The notes under the pieces were generated by a model. It was not told the origin of the DNA and made no database searches. It worked only from the letters and a program-made list of their open reading frames with translations. Both the position numbers and the translations under genes were made by a program. A DNA stretch of 64,000 nt from contig JAUQQC010000005.1 of NCBI GenBank assembly GCA_030550025.1, positions 138,857-202,856 of the forward strand. Reading direction: 5' to 3'. Shown here one piece after another: positions 18,001 through 30,343 of this stretch (within the stretch, counting starts at the first letter, position 1; each line of letters opens with the position of its first letter). The DNA comes from Acidobacteriota bacterium. Its GTDB lineage: Bacteria; Acidobacteriota; Blastocatellia; HR10.

Positions 18001-18284
18001 CCCATCAACAGGGGGAAAGCGTAGTACTCGAAGCGCAGGGATGTCAAGCTCGCAAAGAGCCGAAGGAGCGCGATTCGCCCACCGCCCGCAGTGAATCCCT
18101 CACGGCCGAGGCGACGGTCTACCATGACAGGAGCGAGCTCCGACGAGCCGCCCTGCTGCGAACGCCCTCGCGAGGATCGCTCATGCGGTGGGAAAAAAGC
18201 GGATTTACAAATTTCCCGAAACGGAATCTCCCGAATGGGCATCTAAGCGGGTGGTAGTGGAGATCAGAAGCGAGGAGGCGAACG

Positions 18285-19370
18285 ATGATCTGGGAGCGAA
18301 TCGGACAGGTGCTGGCACCGAGTGTGGCGGTGGATCTGGGGACGGTGAACACGCTCATCTACGTGCGGCATCGCGGGATCGTACTCGCGGAGCCGACGGC
18401 CATCGCTGTGGATCGCGCTGACGGTCGCGTCCTGGCCGTCGGGCGCGAGGCCATGCACATGTTAGGTCGCGAGCCGCGAGAGATCGCCGTACATCGTCCG
18501 GTGCGATCGGGCGTGGTGGCCGATTATGAATTGGCGGAGAAGCTGTTGCGAGGCTTGCTGGAACAGGCTCTGGGCTCTCGCTTGCGCTCGTGGGTCTTCC
18601 CACGCCTGGTGCTGGGCACGCCGAGCGTTTCCACTTATGTCGAACGGCGCGCGCTTCGAGAAGCGGCACATCAGGCCGGCGGCTTTCACACGATCCTCAT
18701 CGAGGATGGGATTGCGGCTGCGCTGGGCGCTGGAGCGCTCGCGCATAATGGCCAGGCGAGCCTCATCGTAGACATCGGAGGCGGGACGACCGACATCAGC
18801 CTCGTCACCACCTCGGGACTGATCGCCGCGTATTCCTTGAACGTGGCCGGCATCGCCATGGATCAGGCCATCAGCGACTACGTGCTGAAGCGCTACGGCA
18901 TGATCGTGAGCGAACAGATGGCCGAGGCGATCAAGATCACGCTCGGAGCAGCGCTTCCCCGAACCCCGACTCGGTCCATGCGCGTCGCTGGCAAGAATGT
19001 ACACACGGGAACGCCGTGTGAGATCACGCTCACCAGCGACGAGGTCTTCGCGGTCTTGAACGGGCTGGTGGAGACGATCCTTCAAGGAGTACGCCTGATG
19101 CTCGAGCGCATGTCGCCAGAGACAGCTGCCGATCTCTGTGCGACGGGCATCACGTTGACGGGCGGAGGATCGCTCCTTTGCGACCTGGATGCGCGGTTCC
19201 AACAGGAGTTTGGCATCCCTGTCTTCCGCGCGGAACATCCGTTGGAATCGGTCGCGCTGGGCCTCGGCTACTTACTGGAAGAACCCGTATGGCTTGAGCA
19301 TTTCCGATGCGAAGAAGAAGATGCCGAGTGGATGAACGAGGTGGAACCGATCTATGGCGCCGCGCGCTGA
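18285..19370 (+). CDS. mreB: rod shape-determining protein MreB
   Basis: ORF track 361 aa. Actin-like ATPase motifs VAVDLGTVNTLIY and LIVDIGGGTTDISL; RBS GAGGAGG upstream. Confidence 0.9.
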   Translation: MIWERIGQVLAPSVAVDLGTVNTLIYVRHRGIVLAEPTAIAVDRADGRVLAVGREAMHMLGREPREIAVHRPVRSGVVADYELAEKLLRGLLEQALGSRLRSWVFPRLVLGTPSVSTYVERRALREAAHQAGGFHTILIEDGIAAALGAGALAHNGQASLIVDIGGGTTDISLVTTSGLIAAYSLNVAGIAMDQAISDYVLKRYGMIVSEQMAEAIKITLGAALPRTPTRSMRVAGKNVHTGTPCEITLTSDEVFAVLNGLVETILQGVRLMLERMSPETAADLCATGITLTGGGSLLCDLDARFQQEFGIPVFRAEHPLESVALGLGYLLEEPVWLEHFRCEEEDAEWMNEVEPIYGAAR

Positions 19371-19400
19371 TCGTGTATGTGTGACGTCGGAGAAGATCAG

Positions 19401-19877
19401 CTATGGAGCGATCTCCAAATGGGGAGAGACGCGCTGGCGGGTGATGAGCAGATCCTCCTTATGCTTGATCATGTCCTCGCGCGTGTACCAGGCCAGTTCG
19501 AAATTCGGCCCCATGGTGATCGCGTCCTTGGGACACGCCTCTTCGCAGAACCCGCAGAAGATGCACTTCCCGTAATCAATGTCGTAGACGCGGGCGTAGC
19601 GGATATCTACGCCGATGCGCTCGGGATAAGGCCGCAAATCCTCCGCGGCCTCGATATAGATGGCATCGGCCGGGCAGGCGATAGCGCAGAGGAAGCACGC
19701 GACGCACTTCTCGCGCCCGTTCTCGTCTACATGCAAAATGTGCTGGCCACGAAACCGCCGTTCCAGCCGAACCGGCTCGTCCGGATATTGCGTCGTCACG
19801 CGATCCGGCAGATGGCGAAAGGTCGTCGCCAGTCCTTGCGCGATAGCCTTGACGACATCGAGAACTCGCATGCTCAT
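19401..19877 (-). CDS. nuoI: NADH-quinone oxidoreductase subunit I-like 2x[4Fe-4S] ferredoxin (NuoI)
   Basis: Start set to ATG 19875-19877 (MSMRVLDVVKAIAQG...) with GAGGAGG RBS. 158 aa with two CxxCxxCxxxCP motifs (CVACFLCAIACP, CIFCGFCEEACP) and YDIDYGKCIFCGFCEEACP as in NuoI. Confidence 0.8.
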   Translation of the reverse strand: MSMRVLDVVKAIAQGLATTFRHLPDRVTTQYPDEPVRLERRFRGQHILHVDENGREKCVACFLCAIACPADAIYIEAAEDLRPYPERIGVDIRYARVYDIDYGKCIFCGFCEEACPKDAITMGPNFELAWYTREDMIKHKEDLLITRQRVSPHLEIAP

Positions 19878-19947
19878 CCTCCTCGTCTCGCACTGAAGGG
19901 AGAATTCTATCAGAAAGGCCAACGGACGGGCCAGCAGGGGGGACCGT

Positions 19948-20457
19948 TCACGAGGGCGTCCGACGCGATCGCCAGGAGCGCAGGAGAACGCCCAGATGAT
20001 GCGCATGGCAGATGGCGACGGCCAGCGCATCAGCGACATCATGCGGCTCGGGAACCTCAGGGAGATCGAGAAGGGCGGCCACCATGCGTTGGACCTGAAG
20101 TTTCTCAGCGCGACCATATCCGACGGTCGCGCTCTTCACCTCCATCGGTGAATACTCGTAGACGGGCACGCCGGCACGCGCGGCCAAAAGCAGCACGACA
20201 CCACGCACGTGCCCGAGCTTGAGCGCGCTCTTGGGATTGATCGCGGCGAACGCTTCCTCCAAAGCGACGGCCTCCGGCTGCAGGCGCTCCAGGACCTTCT
20301 GAAGGCGTTCGGCGATGTAGAGGAGCTTCTGCGCGAAGGGGCGATTGCGCGGGGGGCGAATGGCCCCACTTTCGACGAGCCGATACGTCCGGCCATCCGT
20401 CTCGATGACGCCGTAGCCGGTCGTCTCGCTGCCCGGGTCCACGCCAAGAATTCGCAT
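19948..20457 (-). CDS. ruvC: crossover junction endodeoxyribonuclease RuvC
   Basis: Start set to ATG 20455-20457 (MRILGVDPGSETTGYGV...). 169 aa with RuvC catalytic regions including DVADALAVAICHAHH. Confidence 0.85.
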   Translation of the reverse strand: MRILGVDPGSETTGYGVIETDGRTYRLVESGAIRPPRNRPFAQKLLYIAERLQKVLERLQPEAVALEEAFAAINPKSALKLGHVRGVVLLLAARAGVPVYEYSPMEVKSATVGYGRAEKLQVQRMVAALLDLPEVPEPHDVADALAVAICHAHHLGVLLRSWRSRRTPS

Positions 20458-20566
20458 AGGCCGCGCTTTTGTTCCTCCTTTCCACAAAGAAGAGCCGATC
20501 GAAGGAGCATTCTACGCGAGGGGGGAAGTGGCGAGCAAGGGAAGCGTGACGGGAGATGAAGCGCAC

Positions 20567-20597
20567 TTGACTGCTTCGGCAACTATCGGACTATACT
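20567..20597 (+). promoter_or_regulatory. candidate sigma70-type promoter (TTGACT-19-TATACT)
   Basis: TTGACT at 20567-20572 and TATACT at 20592-20597, about 40 nt upstream of the 20640 start with GGGAGGACGGG RBS in between. Spacer is long at 19 nt. Confidence 0.3.
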
Positions 20598-20639
20598 CTC
20601 CCTCACACTTGGCGAGACTGAAATCGGGAGGACGGGCAG

Positions 20640-21140
20640 ATGAATCCGGCGCATGTACATTTGTTGCTCAATCACATTCCAGTCATCGGCATTTGGTTAG
20701 GCATCGTGCTCTATCTTGTAGCGCTCGCGAAGAAGCCGGAATGGCGCTCGCTCAGCCTGGGCGTCTTCGCGCTGATGGCTGTTCTGACGCTTCCCGCTTA
20801 TTTGAGCGGAGAACCGGCTGAGGAGTTGATCCGCGGCTTTCCGGGAGTCTCCGAAGCGACCATTGAGGAGCATGAGGAGGCGGCTTTACCCGCGCTCATC
20901 GCCACGCTCGTTCTCGGAGCGGTCGCGCTCGTGGGACTTGTGCGCTTTCGCCATGCGGAGTCATGGTCTCGGGGATATGGATGGCTCGTCCTCGCGCTCG
21001 CGCTCGTCGCGGGAAGCTTGATCGGTCGAACGGCGAATCTCGGTGCGCATATTCGGCATCCGGAAATTCGTTCGACGACTCCGGCGACGGCGCCCGAGCC
21101 GAGCGAACCTCGGGAGCATGAGGAACGAGAATCGCGATGA
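20640..21140 (+). CDS. hypothetical polytopic membrane protein
   Basis: ORF track 166 aa. Four predicted hydrophobic helices and an acidic C-terminal tail; no family recognised. Confidence 0.5.
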   Translation: MNPAHVHLLLNHIPVIGIWLGIVLYLVALAKKPEWRSLSLGVFALMAVLTLPAYLSGEPAEELIRGFPGVSEATIEEHEEAALPALIATLVLGAVALVGLVRFRHAESWSRGYGWLVLALALVAGSLIGRTANLGAHIRHPEIRSTTPATAPEPSEPREHEERESR

Positions 21141-21172
21141 CGGCCGCGCTCGGCGAGGGGAGGCGCGCCGGC

Positions 21173-22177
21173 TCATACGTGCAGTTCGATGATGTCCCCG
21201 TCCTCAAGCACGTGATCGCGATGGACGAGCTGACCGTCGAATTTTCCGGTTCCCCAGATGCGCGCATACTTCAGGCGCTCGACGAAGTCTCGATGGATTG
21301 CGCGCGCGATGTCAGCGACGGTGCTCCCGCGCTTGAGCACGAAAGGAGCGGTCAGGTCCGGCTTCTTCCCTGGCTCCTTCGTATAGACGCGGATGATCCC
21401 CAACAGGTCGTAGACTTCACGGCGAAGCGCTTCCAGATTCTCCCCCGTTTGAGCCGAGACCGGCAGCACGCGAAAGCGCTCGCCGAGCCATTCCCGCACA
21501 AGCCCCAAATTCTCACGCGCCCCGGGCAGGTCGAGCTTCGTGCCGAGGACCAGAGCGTTTTTGGATGCCGACGCCCGCCTGCCTTCACGTGCCAGGGGAG
21601 AATCGGCGGGCGCAGGCGAGCGGAGAGGGATGTTCGCCTGTTCCAGGAGAAGCAGCGTCTCTTCGATCTTCGTGAGCACATCATCGTCCGCGAGATCGAA
21701 CACGAGCAGCGCGGCATCGGCCTGACGCACGAGCGCCAGCATCCAAGGCTCGGTGTAGGAAGGCGCGAGCGGCGGCATGTCCACGAGCTGAATCTGCACG
21801 TTCTCGAACTCCATCATGCCGGGCATAGGCAACCGCGTCGTGAACGGATATTCGGCGATCTCGGGCGTGGCATGCGTCAAGCGAGCCAGGAGCGACGATT
21901 TCCCCGCGTTAGGCGGACCGACAAGCACGACTTGCCCGGCCCCCTCCTTCTCGACGTGATAGAAGGGCTTATGTCGGGCCGTGCTTGGCCGACGCCCCGC
22001 TTCCTGCCGGAGCTTCGCGATGCGCCGACGGATGTCGGCCTGCATCTTCTCGGTCCCTTTGTGCTTGGGGATAGTGGCGAGCATCTCTTCGAGCGCAGCG
22101 AGCTTCTCCTCGCGCGTCGTCGCCGCGCGAAACTTCCGCTCGGCCTCCAGATATTCCGGCGTCAGATTGGCCGGCAT
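21173..22177 (-). CDS. GTP-binding protein with C-terminal TGS domain (DRG/Obg-like)
   Basis: Start set to ATG 22175-22177 ([17 protein letters not shown]...) with GGAGAGGAGG RBS. G1 motif [19 protein letters not shown], and TGS-like C-terminus. Confidence 0.7.
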   Translation of the reverse strand: MPANLTPEYLEAERKFRAATTREEKLAALEEMLATIPKHKGTEKMQADIRRRIAKLRQEAGRRPSTARHKPFYHVEKEGAGQVVLVGPPNAGKSSLLARLTHATPEIAEYPFTTRLPMPGMMEFENVQIQLVDMPPLAPSYTEPWMLALVRQADAALLVFDLADDDVLTKIEETLLLLEQANIPLRSPAPADSPLAREGRRASASKNALVLGTKLDLPGARENLGLVREWLGERFRVLPVSAQTGENLEALRREVYDLLGIIRVYTKEPGKKPDLTAPFVLKRGSTVADIARAIHRDFVERLKYARIWGTGKFDGQLVHRDHVLEDGDIIELHV

Positions 22178-22296
22178 CGCGACCTCCTCTCCAGAGCCAA
22201 GCCGCTCATGGAACGCCTTTCCGGGCATATTATACCAAGCCGCATTACCGGGATGCCCTTTACATCCGGCCCGGACGCGGCAAAGGGGGGATGGGA

Positions 22297-23613
22297 ATGA
22301 ACGCACTCATCTCCAGCGCGCTGCAGGCGGCGATTCGGGAGAAATTCTGGTACGTCTCCGAAGACAGCCGGGGCACGGCGCGAACCTTCTTCGATAGCGG
22401 CGCCGGGAGCTTGGTGCTCAAGTCCGCGCATGCCGCGATCGAGTGCGCTTCGCGCCTCAGCTCCTACGGGGGCGGCGACTTCCCAGATTCGCGATGGGTG
22501 GATGAAGTCGTCGCCGAAGCGCGCGCGGCCGTCGCCGATCTGCTCAACGCGCCTTCGCCCGAACAGCTCTTCACCGGTGAATCGGCGACAGCTCTCTTGC
22601 GGCGACTCGCGGAAGCGATCCTTCCGGCGCTTCCGGATCGGAGCCGCATCCTCATCTCAGCGACCGATCACAACGCCAACGTGGACCCGTGGCGAACGAT
22701 GGCGGCCTCTCTGCCTTCGAAGCAGTTGGACGTTCAGCTCGTGCGTTTCGATCCAAGAACGGGCACCGTGGATCTCAACCATTTGGAGTCACTCGCCGAT
22801 GCTCGCGTGCGCGTCGTCGCCGTCTCTCACGCCTCGAACGTGCTGGGCGCAGAGAATCCCCTCGCAGAGATTCGCCACGTGCTTCACCGCGCCGCTCCCG
22901 AAGCGTGGCTCATCGTGGACGGCGTGCATTTCATCCCACATGGGCCTGTGGATGTGCAAGCCATCGGCGCCGATGCGTACGTCTTCTCCAGCTACAAGAT
23001 CTTCGCCCAGCGCGGATTGAGCTGGGCATACGCGGGCGAAGCGATCCTGCGGCTCCCACATTACAAACTCGCTCCGGCGCCTGAGCATCCGCCGCAGAGC
23101 TGGGAATGGGGGTTTCGGAACCCGGCAGATTTCGCGCCGATCATCGAGGTCGTCGAATATCTCGCGTGGTTGGGGCGTCAGTGTTTTCCGACTTCGACTC
23201 CGGAGATGCCGTCGGACCGACGCCGATGGGTGCGCCTGGGACAGCAGGCCATTCGCCAATATGAGCACGAACTAGTGCGGGCGATGCTCGATGGCGTGGA
23301 TGGAACGCCGGGGCTGCGCGCGCTCGAAGGTGTGACGCTCTACGGAATCAGCGAGCCGGAGTTCTCCCACTTGAAGGAGCCGACCTTCAGCTTCAACGTC
23401 CTCGGATGCTCGAGCCAAGAGGTCGTCGCATGGCTATGGCAGTGCCATCGCATCGCCGTGCGCGGTGGCGATCATTACGCCGTCGAGACGCACCGGCAGC
23501 TTGGCATTCGGGAGAGCGTACGAGCTTCGCTCGCCCACTACAACACGCTTGAGGAAGTGCGCGCCTTCCTCCAAGCCCTCGCCGAATTCCTCGCCCAGAG
23601 GAAGCGCCGATGA
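22297..23613 (+). CDS. class V aminotransferase / cysteine desulfurase-like PLP enzyme
   Basis: ORF track 22291..23613. Second ATG (MNALISS) has better RBS spacing after AAGGGGGG. Aminotransferase class V fold with putative PLP lysine in FSSYKIF. Confidence 0.7.
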   Translation: MNALISSALQAAIREKFWYVSEDSRGTARTFFDSGAGSLVLKSAHAAIECASRLSSYGGGDFPDSRWVDEVVAEARAAVADLLNAPSPEQLFTGESATALLRRLAEAILPALPDRSRILISATDHNANVDPWRTMAASLPSKQLDVQLVRFDPRTGTVDLNHLESLADARVRVVAVSHASNVLGAENPLAEIRHVLHRAAPEAWLIVDGVHFIPHGPVDVQAIGADAYVFSSYKIFAQRGLSWAYAGEAILRLPHYKLAPAPEHPPQSWEWGFRNPADFAPIIEVVEYLAWLGRQCFPTSTPEMPSDRRRWVRLGQQAIRQYEHELVRAMLDGVDGTPGLRALEGVTLYGISEPEFSHLKEPTFSFNVLGCSSQEVVAWLWQCHRIAVRGGDHYAVETHRQLGIRESVRASLAHYNTLEEVRAFLQALAEFLAQRKRR

Positions 23614-23926
23614 AGCGCGCCGTTGACCGCCGGCGAGGTCCCAGCTCATGTTGCGCTGGCGCGGGAGGGAGCAGGACGAAGCTGCGTGGAAGATCGCCTT
23701 GACTTTCCTTCCCCATTCGTAATACCATGCCGAAGACGTGACGTGGGGAGGCGAGCGCATCGGTTATAGGGTGTGCCCACCGATACTCTCGGGTGGGTTG
23801 GCCCTCCCCCAAGGTGTCGCACCCCGTCGGCCCTGTACGGCGAGCAGCCGGACGGATGAAGAGCGCTGGCGACGACAGCTGGGTCCGAAGAGGGACCCTC
23901 AGCACGCATGATGGAGGCAGCCGCAG

Positions 23927-24610
23927 ATGAAGCGAAAGGCGATCAGCATACTGCTCCTGCTGCTCTCGGCGGCTCGCACATGGGACCTGAAGGCCGAGAC
24001 GCGCACTCGCTCCGCGATGGGTCGAAGCGCCCCTATAGGGGAAGTGATCGCCAATGGATCGGTGTTCCTGAATGGGGTGAGGGTGACCTCGGGAAGCACG
24101 GTCTTCAACGGTGGGAGTCTTCGCACCGCTCGCGAAGCGAGAGCGATCCTTGCGCTTCGAGCCGGAGCAGGAGTGATCGCGCTGTTGCCCGAGAGCGAAG
24201 TGCGCGTGCGAGAGGCAGGTCGCCGGTGGACGATCGAACTCGCGCAAGGGACGGTTCTGGTTCGTGCGCGAGGGGCGACGGAGGTCCTCTCCGGGCGTGT
24301 GCTCGTGCGCTCGCCACACGGGAATTGGTATCGCGTCGCCACAAGCGGCGAGGGCATCCGCGTGGACGCGCTAGAAAATCCGGTGAGGGTTCAGGCTGAG
24401 CGCGAAGAGTGGAGGCTCGCAGCCGGTCACTCGCTTCTCCTGCAGGGAGGAGCCGCGCAGGTCGCCCCTCAATCCCCACCGCCACGACGCGCGCGTCGAG
24501 CCGTCGTACTCCCAGCTCTTGTCGTCGGTGCCCTCGTCGTAACGCTAGCCCTAACGGTCGCCCGTGGTGAGCGATCGAAGGTCGTCAGCCCCGTAGCGCC
24601 GCAGCGGTGA
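23927..24610 (+). CDS. hypothetical exported protein with C-terminal membrane anchor
   Basis: ORF track 227 aa. Signal peptide MKRKAISILLLLLSAARTWDL, beta-rich middle, Pro/Arg linker and C-terminal TM VVLPALVVGALVVTLALTV. Confidence 0.5.
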   Translation: MKRKAISILLLLLSAARTWDLKAETRTRSAMGRSAPIGEVIANGSVFLNGVRVTSGSTVFNGGSLRTAREARAILALRAGAGVIALLPESEVRVREAGRRWTIELAQGTVLVRARGATEVLSGRVLVRSPHGNWYRVATSGEGIRVDALENPVRVQAEREEWRLAAGHSLLLQGGAAQVAPQSPPPRRARRAVVLPALVVGALVVTLALTVARGERSKVVSPVAPQR

Positions 24611-24616
24611 CGTGCG

Positions 24617-26003
24617 ATGGCTCTGCGCCTTCTCCGACCCAGACGCTCGAACGAACGAACGCGTCGGAGATTGCATCCGGCATCTCCTGAGCTGCTGGTG
24701 CGCCCTCGGACATCCCCGGAATCATTGTCAGAAACGGGCGTGGTCTTCGCGCTCTCTTCCCCCCGAGCCCGCGCGCTGTTTCTCCTGATTTGGCTCGCGC
24801 TGCTGGGCTATGGGGCACATAGCCTTGTGCGCGAATTCCGCGGGTATGCTTTGGCCTCGCTCTTTCAGGACGTCGAGGGATTGGCAGACGCATTACGGTT
24901 CACTCCGGTAGCGCCGGAACTGCACGAGCAGCTCGGGATGATCTACCTCCTTGATCCCGCGCACTTCGATCCGCCAAAAGCCGTGGCCCATTTTCGTCAG
25001 GCCGTCGCGCTCTCTCCTTACGATGTGCGATACTGGGTGGGATTGGGACGCGCCTTTGAAGCGAATGGCAAGTGGGAGCAAGCAGCGCGAGCGTATGAGC
25101 GGGCCATTGTGCTGGCCCCGCATCATTTTCGCCCTCGCTGGCTCTATGCCAATTTCCTGTTGCGCAGCGGGCGAACGGAGGCCGCAGTTGAGCACCTCTG
25201 GCCGCTTGTGGAGGCGGCGCCGGACGTCGTGGAGAATGTTTGCGATTTGATCTGGCACGTGCGCGAAGGGGATGCGACCGCGTTGCAACGTTTGGCTGAA
25301 GGACGTCCCTCATGGGTGGCGGTGAAGATCGGGGAATACCTTCTAGCGAGGGGGCGAGCGGAAGAGGCCATCGCCTTGTGGTGGAAGCTGCCACGATGGG
25401 ACGACGCGGCGCGCGAAGGCGGGCGACGCTTGGTGCGAGGACTCGTGCGCGCGCGGCAATGGGCGGAGGCCGAACGGGTCTGGCGCGAGTGGCTGCGCCG
25501 GGAACACGGGCGAGAGCCCACGACGACTTTCTGGAACGGCGATTTTGCGCATCCGGTCGTCGAAGGGGGATTGGACTGGCGGATCACCTCCTCGCGCGAA
25601 GTTGCGGCCGGCATTGATGAGAGCGTCGGGTATGGGGATGTGCGTTCGCTCGTTCTGGAGTTTCGCGGGCACGAGGGGGTGCGATATGCGGGCATCAGGC
25701 GCGAGATCGTGGTCGAACCTGCGACGCGCTACGTGCTTCGATTCGCGTACAAGACGCAGGGGATGCTCTCATCCAACGGACTGTACATCGAAATCGCCGA
25801 TGCCGAAGATGCGCACCGGATGCGCGTGCGGCGGGAATCGCTCGCCGCGAGCCCGGAGTGGGCGCTCGTGCACCTGGAATTCGTGACGACGGCCCAGACG
25901 CGCGCGGTACAACTGGTGCTCGGCCGCGAGCCGACGCATCCGCTCCACGACTACATTCGCGGGCGCGTCTGGTTCGACGCATTTACGCTCGTGCGGGCAT
26001 CCG

Positions 26004-26020
<17 letters not shown>
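24617..26020 (+). CDS. membrane-anchored TPR-repeat protein with C-terminal beta-rich domain
   Basis: ORF track 467 aa. TM ALFLLIWLALLGYGAHSLV, TPR-like helices (AVAHFRQAVALSPYDVRYWVGLGRAFEANGKWEQAARAYERAI), then ~150-aa beta-rich C-terminus. True start uncertain. Confidence 0.55.
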
Positions 26021-28426
<2,406 letters not shown>

Positions 28427-28434
28427 GGACGTTC

Positions 28435-28666
28435 ATGAGGGAGGGCTTTGGGATCAGGGGATTTGTGGGCTCGCATTTGGTGGGATTTCTGCTCGCGCAA
28501 CGGTGCGGGCGCTGGTCTTATGCGCGATCTCACTCGGGTGGAGAATCTGCACGCCGTGTGCGCGAAGGTGAGGCTCTTTGAGGCCGACGTCTGCGAGGCG
28601 GCGTGTGGGGAAGCGATCGTGGCCGACGTGCGAGCGGCCTCGCATGGAGCCAATGGTGCGAATTGA
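28435..28666 (+). pseudogene. remnant of an NAD-dependent sugar epimerase/reductase gene (N-terminal ~77 codons, frameshifted)
   Basis: Frame 1 gives MREGFGIRGFVGSHLVGFLLAQR (Rossmann GxxGxxG N-terminus), then a +1 shift near 28500 continues as GAGLMRDLTRVENLHAVCAKVRLFEADVCEAACGEAIVADV and stops at 28666. A full-length homologue would be ~300 aa. Confidence 0.35.
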
Positions 28667-28686
28667 AGTCCGCATGCGGGATTCAG

Positions 28687-29709
28687 ATGCGGGTGCTTGA
28701 TCCGGCGCCGCCAGAATTGTGGGATCGCGTGTGCGCGCGCTGCCCATACGCCACGTTCTTTCACACGCGGCTTTGGGCGGAAGCGATGGCAGCCGCGTTC
28801 CCGCAGCTTCGCATCGCGACGCGCGCCTATCTCTTCGAGGATGGGACGGTGGCTATTCTTCCGCTCATGCGGTATCGCGCGGGGCTCCGAGGCCTCCTGC
28901 GCGGCTATGAGTCGATGTTCCCGGGCGTCTACGGAGGCGTCATCGCCGAAGGGACGCTCTCCGAAGAACAGGTGCGCGCGATCTACGCGAGTCTGCGCGG
29001 GCCACGCACAGCGTGGGTGCGCGTATTCGGCAATCCCTATGCCCCGTGGGGGATCCCGGGAGCGTTTCGCCCGACGGTCCTCTTCACGCAAGCGCTGCGC
29101 TTATCGGGGGAGTTCAAGGATATTTGGCGCCAGTTCTCCCGAGGGAATCGCAGCAATATCCGAAAGGCGATGCGCAGCGGGCTGCAGGTGACGCTCGCCG
29201 AGAGCGAGAGCGATTACGCGGAGTACTACGCCGCGTATCACGATGCGCTTCGCCGATGGGGGGAGCGGGCGACCAGTCGCTATCCGTTCGCCGTATTTCG
29301 CGCCCTCGGCCGTTACGATGCGCGATGCGTGCGCTTGTGGCTGGTGCGAAAGTCCGGGGTGGTCGTCGGCGGAATTCTCGTCCTTTATCACAATCGGCAT
29401 GCCGTTTACTGGCACGGCGCTTTCGTCGCCGCGTTCTTCGAATATCGGCCGAGCAACCTCGTGCATGCCGAGGCCATTCGGGACGCCTGCGAGCGGGGCT
29501 ACGAATGGTACGATTTCAATCCGAGCGGTGGCCACACGGGTGTCGTGCGCTTCAAGCAGTCGTTCCATCCGCAGACGCTCTATTTCCACGCGGTGGAGAT
29601 CGAAGGTCCTCGGCTCTTTCACCTCTACGCGAGAGGACGCGAGCGCCTGCTCGCCGGCGCTTCTCGCTTATGGTCCGGCGATCGGGCAAAGGGGGATCAA
29701 GGCCTATGA
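28687..29709 (+). CDS. FemAB-like / GNAT-fold acyltransferase
   Basis: ORF track 28603..29709. Start set to the ATG at 28687 (MRVLDPAPPELWDR...). About 340 aa with FemAB/CelD-like resemblance (YAPWGIPGAF..., LYHNRHAVYWHGAF...). Stop overlaps the next start. Confidence 0.55.
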   Translation: MRVLDPAPPELWDRVCARCPYATFFHTRLWAEAMAAAFPQLRIATRAYLFEDGTVAILPLMRYRAGLRGLLRGYESMFPGVYGGVIAEGTLSEEQVRAIYASLRGPRTAWVRVFGNPYAPWGIPGAFRPTVLFTQALRLSGEFKDIWRQFSRGNRSNIRKAMRSGLQVTLAESESDYAEYYAAYHDALRRWGERATSRYPFAVFRALGRYDARCVRLWLVRKSGVVVGGILVLYHNRHAVYWHGAFVAAFFEYRPSNLVHAEAIRDACERGYEWYDFNPSGGHTGVVRFKQSFHPQTLYFHAVEIEGPRLFHLYARGRERLLAGASRLWSGDRAKGDQGL

Positions 29710-30311
29710 CCTGGAGAGATCTCCTCCGTCTCTGGCGTCGCGTGAAGGCGGATCTGGAACGCGCATATTATGAAGAGAAGCTCCGCGAGGAGCTTCGAGC
29801 GCGAGCGCCCGGCCTTCACCTTGGCCGTCACGTCACGATCGTTCGGCCGGATCGACTCATCTTGGGGGAGAACGTCATCATCCACGACCACTGCGTGCTT
29901 TACTGTGCGGGACAAGCGCCGGAGTATCGTCAAGGGGGGCGCATCATCATCGGGAATCACGTCGAGCTGGCCTGGGGATGCATCCTGCACGGAGGCGGGG
30001 CGCAGATCATTCTCCGCGATTTCGCAATCATCGGGGCCGGAGCCGTGCTCGTCTCGGAGATGTACAGCTACCGCGATCCGAGTCGGCCGGCTCGCTTTCA
30101 GACGAAGCTCATGGGCGACATCGTCGTGGAAGAGAACGCGACCATCGGCGCGAACGCTGTCGTTCTGCCCGGTGTCACCGTTGGTCGGAGTGCGATCGTG
30201 GGCGCCGGCGCGGTCGTCACGCGCGACGTCCCTTCCTTCTCGGTAGCCGTCGGCGTTCCGGCGCGCGTCATCAAGCGAATCGACGCCGTGGAGGCTACGC
30301 GCGATTCATAA
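29706..30311 (+). CDS. hexapeptide-repeat (left-handed beta-helix) acetyltransferase
   Basis: ATG at 29706 (MTWRDLLRLW...) overlaps the upstream stop. 201 aa with hexapeptide repeats IIGNHVELAWGCILHGGGAQIIL...IGANAVVLPGVTVGRSAIVGAGAVV. Confidence 0.75.
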   Translation: MTWRDLLRLWRRVKADLERAYYEEKLREELRARAPGLHLGRHVTIVRPDRLILGENVIIHDHCVLYCAGQAPEYRQGGRIIIGNHVELAWGCILHGGGAQIILRDFAIIGAGAVLVSEMYSYRDPSRPARFQTKLMGDIVVEENATIGANAVVLPGVTVGRSAIVGAGAVVTRDVPSFSVAVGVPARVIKRIDAVEATRDS

Positions 30312-30343
30312 GGTCACGCACCTTGGGTTGGCGTCTGACCCCC

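Noticed and set aside
21137-22300. 387-aa ORF on the plus strand
   Set aside because: Antisense to the TGS-domain GTPase gene; Arg-rich low-complexity translation.
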